DNA of 32,000 nt from Candidatus Saccharimonadota bacterium (GTDB lineage Bacteria; Patescibacteriota; Gracilibacteria; UBA4473). Numbering within the stretch: position 1 is the first letter of the stretch; the number at the start of each line of letters is the position of its first letter. Where the stretch lies: contig OZ245819.1 of NCBI GenBank assembly GCA_965228485.1, positions 120,001 to 152,000 of the forward strand, in the 5' to 3' direction. Below the pieces are notes generated by a model. It was not told where the DNA came from. It searched no databases and worked only from the letters and a program-made list of their open reading frames with translations. A program made the position numbers and the translations under genes. This document shows positions 1 to 8,353 of this stretch, piece after piece.

Positions 1-10
1 TCAGAGTACT

Positions 11-2071
11 TTGGTTAAAGAGAGAGAGATGAAAGAACCTGAAAAAGCTTTGGTAACTGCAGCAGAAAAAGTACTAGCTGATTTGGATGGAATAACCACG
101 GCTCCAGAAACAAGAGATGCGGGCAGAGATCAAGCACCAGAATCTACAGAAACAGTAGAGACTAACAAAGTTGCTATGGCGGCTCTTGCAGAGTTTCTTG
201 GAGTTTCGGCTGATAGCCCTGAAGCGTTAAAGTCTGCTCTTTCGACAAAACTTCAAGCAGAAGGAGGGCCAAAAGCCGTTTTAGATTTTATAAGTGGTTT
301 GAAAAATAATGCTTCTCTTATTTCTAGTTTAGCTGGGAAATTCCCTTTTTCAGAAACTGCAGTAAAACAAGCTTTTGAACAAGTTTCTAAAGCAGTTTTA
401 GGAGATTTGCAAAATGATTTTAAAGACGGTGTTCCTGATAAGTTAGATAAAGAAAAAGCTGATAGGATGGCGGAAGGAGTTGTAGAAGGTTTAGATTCAT
501 TAACACCAGATCAGCCAAATCCTTTTGAGATGCCTGATTGGGCGCCCGGGAAAGCTCAGGAGAGAATATCAGATTTATTTACCAATTTTCCAGATATTGT
601 TTCCACTGATACAGAGCAGTTAACTACGGATAAAGTTGAAAAATATTTGAAAGGTATATTAGAGAAGGCTTTAAGTTCTAATGATGCTGACGCTTTAAGA
701 AAGCTCGGTAGTGTGTTAGGATTCTCATTTAGTGAGACCGATCCTGAGAAACTTAAAACTCACATTAAAGAGAATGAATCTGAAATTATGAAAAGAATTG
801 GTGAAGTTGCCAAAGAAGCAAATGGAAAAAGTAAGGCAGAAGCTCAACGAGAAGCTATTGAAGCCAATCAAGCAAAAGCAAGTGAGCTTATTGATCAAGC
901 CGCTAAAGAGTTTCCAGAGCATGTGGGAACGCCTCGATGGGAGCGTTGGGTTAATAAGTTAGCGAATGGAGAAACACAAAAATCTTTTGCCGAATACTTA
1001 GCTGAAGATGAACCTGTGGAAGGTTTAGAAGTCATTATTTTAATGCTTAAAAAACTGTTTATGCAGTTTAAAAGTTTGATGGATAGCTTTGGTAAAAAAG
1101 AAGGAGAAACAACTCTTTCTGAACAGTTGCAAGCGGATGTAGATGCTGCAAAAGATAAAATTAAAAATGCTTATTTGGGTAGATTGGGAGAAGAGTTTGG
1201 TCTAACAGCTGAACAAGTTGAGGCTAATCGTGATGGATTAAGTTTTGTTAATGAGAATAGAGATTTATTGGGAGCTGTTCCTAATTTGAATATAGCAGGG
1301 ATGGATCTTAATGGAGATGGGCAGATTACTCCTGCTGAAAAAGTACAAACACTTCAGTCTATGTCGCCAGATCAAAGAGATGTATTAAAAACACTTCTTC
1401 GTTCAGTAGAACAAAAACCATACATGAAAGATGTATTACAGGCTGGATTGGATGGTACAACTATTGATGCCATTTATGATTTTGAATCTAATATGTCTGA
1501 AAAAGATAGAACTGCTGATATTAAAGTTGAAGGAGGAAATCTTGTGGTTAATGGGCAAACAGTAGAGTTGAAACCAGGTAACGATAACGCCATTAAAGAT
1601 TTATTAGAAGCAACTTTAAAAGATGAAGATGGAACTTTGACAACTGTAGAAAGAGATACTACGACAGTACGAAATAGTTTAGAACGTGGAGAAGTTAAAG
1701 GTGAAATTGAGCTTGATGGAGTTCATATAAAAGTTGGAAAGGAAGAACCTATTACTAAAGAATTCTTTGATAAAGCAAAAGCCGCATTGGGGGCTAATCC
1801 AGATTTAGCAAAAGCTTTAGAAGAAGGTTTATCATTAGCTACACTTGAGAAATTTATGAAAATTTTAGAAGACCCAAGAGCCGTGAAAGAGGAGTATGTC
1901 GAGTTTAGAAATGGATATATTAACCTAGATAGTTCAGAATGGTTTGAATGGAATGATGCCTTTGATTATGGCGGTAATTTATTAAGTAAAGAAGCACGTT
2001 TTAATGAGATGCTTGATCGAATTGCTAAGGATTTAAATATTAATACTGCTCCGGCAGAACCTACTGAATAA
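11..2071 (+). CDS. Large acidic protein of unknown function (686 aa as tracked, possibly 5'-truncated by the window edge). It carries an EF-hand-type loop and the family amphipathic helix.
   Basis: Uninterrupted 2 kb ORF. The frame stays open back to base 2, so the true start may lie upstream; in-window candidates are TTG 11 and ATG 29. DLNGDGQITPAE (1304-1339) fits the DxNxDGxIxxxE pattern. VIILMLKKLFMQFKSLMDSFGKK (1031-1099) resembles the pre-catalytic helix of the hydrolase family. KEPEKALVTAAEKVLADL resembles KEPEISAAAELLKEQL, which follows the leader motif of the 8354-9799 protein. Confidence 0.7.
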   Translation: MVKEREMKEPEKALVTAAEKVLADLDGITTAPETRDAGRDQAPESTETVETNKVAMAALAEFLGVSADSPEALKSALSTKLQAEGGPKAVLDFISGLKNNASLISSLAGKFPFSETAVKQAFEQVSKAVLGDLQNDFKDGVPDKLDKEKADRMAEGVVEGLDSLTPDQPNPFEMPDWAPGKAQERISDLFTNFPDIVSTDTEQLTTDKVEKYLKGILEKALSSNDADALRKLGSVLGFSFSETDPEKLKTHIKENESEIMKRIGEVAKEANGKSKAEAQREAIEANQAKASELIDQAAKEFPEHVGTPRWERWVNKLANGETQKSFAEYLAEDEPVEGLEVIILMLKKLFMQFKSLMDSFGKKEGETTLSEQLQADVDAAKDKIKNAYLGRLGEEFGLTAEQVEANRDGLSFVNENRDLLGAVPNLNIAGMDLNGDGQITPAEKVQTLQSMSPDQRDVLKTLLRSVEQKPYMKDVLQAGLDGTTIDAIYDFESNMSEKDRTADIKVEGGNLVVNGQTVELKPGNDNAIKDLLEATLKDEDGTLTTVERDTTTVRNSLERGEVKGEIELDGVHIKVGKEEPITKEFFDKAKAALGANPDLAKALEEGLSLATLEKFMKILEDPRAVKEEYVEFRNGYINLDSSEWFEWNDAFDYGGNLLSKEARFNEMLDRIAKDLNINTAPAEPTE

Positions 2072-2072
2072 A

Positions 2073-4583
2073 ATGTCTAATCACGAATACCGAGAGCGAC
2101 CTCAAGACAGACCTGGATATTCTCCGATAGCCAGTGAGTATGTAAATGCTGGCCTAGAAGGATTAGAAGCTCGTAATTCTCAGTTAGCTTTTATTTATCA
2201 GATGAGAGCTATGGAGCGGGGAAGTTTAAGTCCTGCAGAACAAGGATTTTATGATGGGGCTTTGGAAGCTCGAATGAGATTAAATAATACTTTGTATCGT
2301 TATAACTATGAAGCGGGGAAAATTGCTGAAGGTTTACGGCAGCTTCATACGGCTTTTGGAAAAGTTCCCCCGAGTGCTTATGGTGGACCTGAAGCAAAAA
2401 CGCGAACGGTGAATGGTATTGATGCTTTGGCTCGAAGGGTTGCGGCAGATCCAGCAGAAGAACGACGTTTGTATGATGAGTCTCGAGCAGCAAGAGAGGC
2501 GAGTGATGCGGCTGATGCTGCTGCAGAAGAAGAGCGAAGAGCCAATATTGAATCGCGGAATTTAAATCAGAAACAAGCCGATATTCTGGCTACCCCAGGA
2601 ATTAAGGTAGGGGATATTATTAAGAAGGTTAGAGAAGAAGTAACGGTTTCAGACCCGGTTACTGATGAAGAGCGTTTAGCTCAGATGGCTCAGTTTAAAG
2701 AGCTATTAAAGGTAAACGTAAATTCCCACATTAAAAAATGGGTTAGTGATCATCAGAAATATATTAATCCAACAGGGGCTTCAGAAACTCAGTCAAATTG
2801 GGAAGATGCTTGGACCGATCAAGGGTTAGGGAGAAACTTTAATAACACCGCGTTAGGGCATGGAGTTAATGCCGGAGCTAGTGTTGTGGCTTGGTCAGGT
2901 GTATTAGGTGGTGCAGGAAATCCAGACTTTAAGAATATGGATCCTGTGATGTCTCACGTTTTTTCTGGAGCAGAAGGGGCTTTCTTAGCAAAGTTTAAGG
3001 CTGGAGAGATTAACGATGAATATCTTAACTCTGTAGTCGGGCCGAAAATTGATGAATTATTTCCAGATGGAGTTTCTTTTGAAGCGGTTGAATCTCTTTT
3101 TGGAACTTATAATAAACCCGATGAAGAACTAACTTCTGAAGAATTAGAAGAAATTGTAGCTCGTTTAGAGCGAATTCCTAAGTATTTTAGGCATTATAAG
3201 TCGGATTTAGTGAAGCAGTATGACCGTTATCTTCGAAAAACAGGACAGGGAGCTATGGAGTTTAAAGACTGGTTATTTACTTCTGTAGAACTTGGAACTT
3301 TTCAAAAAATGTTCTTTGGTTTGATTTTTCAATTTCCAGGCATTGCAGATTGGATTACTGACTGGTTTGATGGTGATGAATCAGGGAAAACAGAGGCACA
3401 AAAAGCGGGTGAAACATTGCACCATTATCGGGAACTTTTAGAAGAAGAAAATGGAACTCCTACTGACCGTACGGAAGTTCCTGCAGAGAGTCGAGTTGAG
3501 AGTGATACAAATTATCAAGCTTTAATTACACAGATTAACGGATTTAGACAATCAGGGGACCCAGAGGTAGATATTCGGCTTAATGGACAGCCTTTGGCAG
3601 AAGCAAATATTAATGATATTCAGACTTCAGAGCTTACGGTTTTACGAGACTTATTGGCTCAATCAAATGGTTATAAACTTTTCCTCAAAGGGAATGAGCT
3701 TTCAGATCTTCATTTTCTTGCCACTCATGTGGGGGCAGAGCATGCTGATGGTATTGATGTAACGCTTAAAGAAGGAGGAATTAGACTAGATACCGATATC
3801 TGGGAAGACATTCAAAGTTGGACAGCTATTCCAGGATGGATGGATACTATTATTGGTGGAGGCGCTCTAATTGGTGGAGGTTATGGTGTGAGAAAAGGAC
3901 GACAAGCTCTTGCTGGTAAATTGGCTAGCCCTGCTGCAGAAGTAGTGAGACCAAAAGCTACTGGAAGTATTGCTCGGTTTGCACAAAGAGGACCAGGATG
4001 GCTTCGTGGGGCCGCTGGGAAAGTTAGTCGATTTGGAGGTAGAGGTAAGTTAGTCGCTGGAGGATTACTCCTTCTAGATGGTATTATTGGGGGAACAATT
4101 GTTGAACGACTTGGTCGAATGGATACTCCTTTTGGAGGACGTAGCCTAGACTATGCCGATATGACTCCTCAGAAGCTACATAACCTTATTCGAGAGACTC
4201 AAGAAGATGTTGGAATTATTCGAGAACATTTACAAACAATCTCTTTTGAGCAGGTTTCAGCTGATGTAGATCGATTTAGAACAGATTTTGCTCATAGATT
4301 TGATCCAGAAGCACTGGTTCCACGAAGTTTGGTAAATAATCAAAATTTTGTGCCGACGGTGGATACACTCGTTAAAATGCCGAATGGAGTTTGGGGCGCT
4401 TTCAAATTTGAGACTTCTCATTTAGAGACTCTGGCGAACTTTTTGGCTTCACCTCTTTTTGCTCAATTCTCAAACTTAAAAGAGGAAGGGGGAACTATTA
4501 AAGCTACGGTTAACGGAACCGAACAGAGCTGGGATAATGTAGAAGCCTTTATTGAATGGGTAGAAACTCAAAATAATATTTAA
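2073..4583 (+). CDS. 836-aa protein of unknown function with Gly-rich hydrophobic (putative transmembrane hairpin) segments
   Basis: The ATG lies 1 nt after the upstream stop (TAA-A-ATG), suggesting translational coupling. WTAIPGWMDTIIGGGALIGGGYGV and KLVAGGLLLLDGIIGGTIV (3819-4103) flank an Arg/Lys-rich loop. A further hydrophobic stretch is FQKMFFGLIFQFPGIADWI. I recognised no catalytic motif. Confidence 0.7.
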   Translation: MSNHEYRERPQDRPGYSPIASEYVNAGLEGLEARNSQLAFIYQMRAMERGSLSPAEQGFYDGALEARMRLNNTLYRYNYEAGKIAEGLRQLHTAFGKVPPSAYGGPEAKTRTVNGIDALARRVAADPAEERRLYDESRAAREASDAADAAAEEERRANIESRNLNQKQADILATPGIKVGDIIKKVREEVTVSDPVTDEERLAQMAQFKELLKVNVNSHIKKWVSDHQKYINPTGASETQSNWEDAWTDQGLGRNFNNTALGHGVNAGASVVAWSGVLGGAGNPDFKNMDPVMSHVFSGAEGAFLAKFKAGEINDEYLNSVVGPKIDELFPDGVSFEAVESLFGTYNKPDEELTSEELEEIVARLERIPKYFRHYKSDLVKQYDRYLRKTGQGAMEFKDWLFTSVELGTFQKMFFGLIFQFPGIADWITDWFDGDESGKTEAQKAGETLHHYRELLEEENGTPTDRTEVPAESRVESDTNYQALITQINGFRQSGDPEVDIRLNGQPLAEANINDIQTSELTVLRDLLAQSNGYKLFLKGNELSDLHFLATHVGAEHADGIDVTLKEGGIRLDTDIWEDIQSWTAIPGWMDTIIGGGALIGGGYGVRKGRQALAGKLASPAAEVVRPKATGSIARFAQRGPGWLRGAAGKVSRFGGRGKLVAGGLLLLDGIIGGTIVERLGRMDTPFGGRSLDYADMTPQKLHNLIRETQEDVGIIREHLQTISFEQVSADVDRFRTDFAHRFDPEALVPRSLVNNQNFVPTVDTLVKMPNGVWGAFKFETSHLETLANFLASPLFAQFSNLKEEGGTIKATVNGTEQSWDNVEAFIEWVETQNNI

Positions 4584-4599
4584 AAAAATACTTTAGATC

Positions 4600-4608
4600 T
4601 GTTATAAT
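4600..4608 (+). promoter_or_regulatory. Extended -10 promoter element TGTTATAAT
   Basis: TGnTATAAT match. The last T lies 8 nt upstream of ATG 4617, implying a leaderless or near-leaderless mRNA. Confidence 0.45.
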
Positions 4609-4616
4609 ACTCTGAA

Positions 4617-5114
4617 ATGAACACGTTTGATCCAACAACACAAAACCAACAACAAGATGGACAAGGGGCTGTTGCGACCACTGGAGGAGTAGCCGTTAAA
4701 ATTACCACGGCTGACTTGGCTCTGATTAAGACGCCTTCTGGTAAGACCATCAATGATTTTAATATTTCAGACAAGCTTAAAAATAATGATCCAGAGTTAG
4801 TAGACTTCATTATTCGTTCTGAATCAATGAAAGATCCAGAGCGGCAATATTGGTTTAATCTGACAGAAATCATGAATTCTGAGCAGACGGAAAAATTAAG
4901 AGATATCCTAAAAAGAGAAAGGGTAAAGTTGGCTGAGATTGATGCTAAATATGGGAAGAAACCAATAGATCCGATTAAGGCGGCAAAAGACGCTGAAGCG
5001 AAAGCTGCTCGTCGGGCACAAGAACAAAAACGTTTGCAACAAGAAGAAGCGGCTCATCAAGCTAAAGAAGCTGCAGCAGAAGAAGATATCCTTGCGGAAT
5101 TGGATAACATTTAA
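4617..5114 (+). CDS. Small helical protein, 'P-family' paralog (165 aa) with a Gln-rich N-terminus and a charged coiled-coil-like C-terminus
   Basis: It shares the core M(N/D)xxQTxxLRxILxK (MNSEQTEKLRDILKRE) with the ORFs at 12255-12578 and 12669-12983. It also shares the acidic C-terminal tail (EEDILAELDNI versus ENELDDLISKL). Confidence 0.65.
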   Translation: MNTFDPTTQNQQQDGQGAVATTGGVAVKITTADLALIKTPSGKTINDFNISDKLKNNDPELVDFIIRSESMKDPERQYWFNLTEIMNSEQTEKLRDILKRERVKLAEIDAKYGKKPIDPIKAAKDAEAKAARRAQEQKRLQQEEAAHQAKEAAAEEDILAELDNI

Positions 5115-5152
5115 TCCTCTCGGAGAAGTGTCAGAGTAGGGGAGAGAAGTCT

Positions 5153-5932
5153 CTATTTTTTGCTGAATTTTTCTTTTACAATAAGATAAGAAAAGACAAT
5201 AACAGCGTTGAAGATACGATTTCCTCGCTTTTTAGGTTCTTTCAATAGTCTAAAGAGCCATTCAATCCCTATTTTTTGCATCCAAAAAGGAGCTCTGTCT
5301 ATCTTCCCAGCCCAAAAATCAAAAGTCCCACCAAATCCTCCTGCAATTCGACAATTCGGAATCTCGGTGATGAATGTTTTAATCCATTCTTCTTGTGCAG
5401 GAGCACCGAAAGCCACCAAAATGACATCAGGATTAGCTTCTTTTAGTTTTTTACTGATTGATTTTGGGTCGCCATCTTCAAATCCTGCTACTTTTAGGTT
5501 TGTATATTTTTTTTTCATGACCTTAGCCGCTTCTTTTGCTACGCCAAAACCGCCAAGAAAGTAGACGGTTTTATTGTTTTTGGCCGTGGTTTTACAGAGT
5601 AATTCAGCGATGTGAACTCCAGGTATTCTTTGAATACTTTTTTTGTACAATAATTTGCTCCATATACTAATGCCGCTTCCGTCACAGATATTTAACTCTG
5701 TACCATTTAAGATATTTTTAAAGCTCGTATTTTTATTGGCTTCAACCAGGAATTCAGGGTTAACGGTCGCAATATGATTAAACTTTTTACTGGCTAAAAA
5801 GTCGTCAAAAATTTCTTCAATTTTAGTTTCATCATGATTATCGATTCTAATTCCGAGTAGTTTGAAGTGATTCACAAAATTATTATAGAGTTCATTTTTT
5901 GTTTGACCAAAAAACGAACCAAAAAAGGTCAC
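5153..5932 (-). CDS. tagA: WecG/TagA/CpsF-family glycosyltransferase (UDP-ManNAc transferase-like)
   Basis: Family-typical blocks are present: ATVNPEFLVEA, CDGSGI, VYFLGGFG, ILVAFGAPAQEEWI, and GGTFDFWAGKIDRAPFWMQKIGIEWLFRLLKEPKKR. The start codon is GTG (cac at 5930-5932). Confidence 0.85.
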   Translation of the reverse strand: MTFFGSFFGQTKNELYNNFVNHFKLLGIRIDNHDETKIEEIFDDFLASKKFNHIATVNPEFLVEANKNTSFKNILNGTELNICDGSGISIWSKLLYKKSIQRIPGVHIAELLCKTTAKNNKTVYFLGGFGVAKEAAKVMKKKYTNLKVAGFEDGDPKSISKKLKEANPDVILVAFGAPAQEEWIKTFITEIPNCRIAGGFGGTFDFWAGKIDRAPFWMQKIGIEWLFRLLKEPKKRGNRIFNAVIVFSYLIVKEKFSKK

Positions 5933-6104
5933 CCTATTATATAAAATTTTGAAAACAATCAGCTTATTTACTAAAAATTAAAAACTCGCTTCGCTCAGAC
6001 ACTTTAATTTTTTAGCGTAAATTTTACTGTGTTTTCTTAGAAAAATTTATACAAATGGGATAATTTAGAAAAGACTGAAATTAGAGGTAATAAAAAATAG
6101 ATTT

Positions 6105-6419
6105 ATGACTCATTCAAAACGATTTACGCATAAAAATGATGGTTTTATCTGTGAGAACTGTGGGACAGAGGTGCCTCCAGCGCAGGGAACTTGTCGAAAT
6201 CATTGTACGAATTGTCTGTATTCAAAGCATGTTGATATAAATCCTGGAGACAGGGCTGCTAACTGTGGAGGGAAAATGAGACCTGTTCGTTTGGAACTCA
6301 AATCAGGATTGCCTTTTAAAATTATTCATGTTTGTGAAAAATGTGGATTTGAACGTCCAAACAAGGTAGCCGATGACGATAGCCGAGAGTCATTGTTTAC
6401 TCTCAATTCAGTGTTTTAG
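6105..6419 (+). CDS. RNHCP-domain zinc-ribbon-like protein
   Basis: The signature is CENCGTEVPP...CRNHCTNCLYSKHVD...NCGG...VCEKCG, i.e. four CxxC-type pairs plus an RNHC(P/T) motif. The 3' end overlaps the convergent gene by 4 nt. Confidence 0.6.
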   Translation: MTHSKRFTHKNDGFICENCGTEVPPAQGTCRNHCTNCLYSKHVDINPGDRAANCGGKMRPVRLELKSGLPFKIIHVCEKCGFERPNKVADDDSRESLFTLNSVF

Positions 6420-8350
6420 CGAGCCACAGAAACAAAGGCTTCTCCATTGGCACCACCGAACTCTTGTATGGCTTGGGCGAAAGTAACGGCATGTTCTTTG
6501 GGAATTCCCCAGCATCCCCAGGTAGTCCCATTTGATCCGTGCATTAAGATAGCTCTTCCAGCGGTATTGGTATTACCTGCTGCTGGATCAATGTTTCCTC
6601 CTTGTTCATAACTTGTTTTATAGCTTTGAGTCATTGGTTCCATTCCATGAACAGTGGCTCGTGCAGCATAACGATGGTTTGGAAGAAATGCTACGTCGCC
6701 TGGTTGAAAATAAAATGAACCTAGAGGGCTTCCATGACTCTTTGGAACGTTACTAATTCCACCACTTCCCCCGTGGCATTTTGTTTGAATGCTCCCTTTT
6801 CCAGGAATATAAATTAGGGCTCGTTGGGTTCCCAGATCATTGGCGAAAAAAGGACGATCGGCTGAAAAAGGTTTTCCTTGCTTATGAGCATTGATGGCAT
6901 GACGCATAACAGGGAGTGACCACCCTTCATCCCAACCTTCAGTAATTTTTTCAACAGCATCTTTATAGTTTTGAGGAAGGGCCTCATATTGAGCTTTCAT
7001 TTCTTCCCCATAAAACTCAGAATTTAGATTAATGGATCCAGGATGACCTTCAATGTTTCTCATACTTCCAGGAGAATGAGTATTTCCTCTTGGATTTGCC
7101 ACAGATAAAGGATTACCACTACTGTCGGTAGCTTTGCTGCCTGGTTTACCAAGGTTTGCAATATCTTTGAAGAGTTTAAAAAGGTCTAAAAGACTGAACT
7201 CACCATTTTGTCCTGGCGCCCCTCCCATCAAATTTAGAGCTTCGGCTTGCCCTTGAGGGGTAGTCGTGTCTATATTTGGATTGCTTTTGGCGACTTCGCC
7301 TAGTTTTTCTTTTAATTTTTTTGCTAGAGCCTCAGCATTTTTTAGGTATTCTTCTTTATTGTAAGCGAGGGGATTTCGGCTGTTGTCTAGACCAAACCCT
7401 TCGTAATTAATAGCTATGGCACGATAAAGAATTTGAGGATCTATATTGTTGGCTTTTGCAATTTCTTCAAGTGCTTTTTGAAGTGTTTTTTCTGTGCTTT
7501 CGGTTGCACGTTCGCCTGTTTCTAGATCGATTTCATTTAGTTCGTTTATTTTTAGGAATGTTGCGTATTCCTCTATAAGTTTTCGAGTTTTGGTTTCAAT
7601 GTCTTTGTCTGATAGATCCTTTGTTTCCAACATGTGGATAACATATCGACCAATATCATTTTTAAATTCCTCAGGAATAAAGATACTTGTTTCACCAGCT
7701 TTAGTTTCCTGGCTTTCTTTCTGCCTCTTTGCCCAAATCTCATCAAATTTCTCTTGGGTCAGTGGCACTTCTACAGAACTAGGTTCTTTCCCTTCTGTTC
7801 CTTCAACAATAGATTTTAGTGTTTTGTGGTAGGTGATTTCATCGGTAATCATTCTAGAAACCTCTGTTTGGATTTCTTCGTCTGATAATCCTTTGGTTTC
7901 TAAATTAGCGATTATTGAACTGGCAATAGTGTCTTTTAATTCTCCTGGAATATTGAGATTAACCGGAGGATTTTTTTCTATTTCAGCCCAAATTTCATCA
8001 AACTTATCTCTTTCTAATGGTTGTTCAATATTTCTTCCTTCAGTGGCGGCTTCGATGATTTTATCACTTAACCCAGCCAAATCATTTATGTCTGATAGTT
8101 TTCTTCCATCCAGTGCTTTTTCAATTAGAGGGCAAATATCAGTATAATCTTGTAATGTATTAGCACACCGAGCAGCTTCAGCCTGAATGAGTGCATCAGA
8201 AATTTGAGTACCTTTTTCGATATATTTTTTTATTTCTTCAGCATAGGTTCTTTCTCGTGTATCGGTTGCGGGGCTTTTATCCTCTGGTCCTGTTTCTTGG
8301 TAAACAAAACGAGATATTGAATTTTGAGGATATAAAAATAATTTTTTCAT
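6416..8350 (-). CDS. Leader-motif effector-like protein E4 (644 aa): acidic modular N-terminal part plus a C-terminal YkuD/L,D-transpeptidase-like domain
   Basis: The N-terminus MKKLFLYPQNSISRFVYQETGPED fits the shared motif. There is an internal ~73-aa duplication (7541-7765 and 7802-8020). The C-terminus has ILMHGSNGTTWGCWGIP, which resembles the YkuD signature HG(T/S)N...GC with a shortened loop (Cys codon at 6512-6514). Confidence 0.6.
   Translation of the reverse strand: MKKLFLYPQNSISRFVYQETGPEDKSPATDTRERTYAEEIKKYIEKGTQISDALIQAEAARCANTLQDYTDICPLIEKALDGRKLSDINDLAGLSDKIIEAATEGRNIEQPLERDKFDEIWAEIEKNPPVNLNIPGELKDTIASSIIANLETKGLSDEEIQTEVSRMITDEITYHKTLKSIVEGTEGKEPSSVEVPLTQEKFDEIWAKRQKESQETKAGETSIFIPEEFKNDIGRYVIHMLETKDLSDKDIETKTRKLIEEYATFLKINELNEIDLETGERATESTEKTLQKALEEIAKANNIDPQILYRAIAINYEGFGLDNSRNPLAYNKEEYLKNAEALAKKLKEKLGEVAKSNPNIDTTTPQGQAEALNLMGGAPGQNGEFSLLDLFKLFKDIANLGKPGSKATDSSGNPLSVANPRGNTHSPGSMRNIEGHPGSINLNSEFYGEEMKAQYEALPQNYKDAVEKITEGWDEGWSLPVMRHAINAHKQGKPFSADRPFFANDLGTQRALIYIPGKGSIQTKCHGGSGGISNVPKSHGSPLGSFYFQPGDVAFLPNHRYAARATVHGMEPMTQSYKTSYEQGGNIDPAAGNTNTAGRAILMHGSNGTTWGCWGIPKEHAVTFAQAIQEFGGANGEAFVSVAR
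7541..8020 (-). repeat. Intragenic duplication of a ~73-aa 'F(D/K)EIW...IPEE...LETKxLSD' module (two copies)
   Basis: Copy 1 is PLERDKFDEIWAEIEKNPPVNLNIPGELKDTIASSIIANLETKGLSDEEIQTEV. Copy 2 is PLTQEKFDEIWAKRQKESQ...IFIPEEFKNDIGRYVIHMLETKDLSDKDIETKT. A third copy lies in the neighbouring protein (10769-10987). Confidence 0.75.
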
Positions 8351-8353
8351 TTC

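Noticed and set aside
5115-5152. A possible terminator between the convergent 4617-5114 and tagA genes
   Set aside because: The similar segments (GGAGAAGTGTC and GAGAGAAGTCTC) are direct rather than inverted repeats, so no convincing stem-loop forms.
5971-6015. AT-rich inverted repeat CTAAAAATTAAA...TTTAATTTTTTAG in the divergent tagA/RNHCP intergenic region, as a possible operator
   Set aside because: It is a 12-13-bp A/T-only stem with a 20-nt spacer. In sequence this AT-rich I cannot distinguish it from chance, and no second copy was seen.
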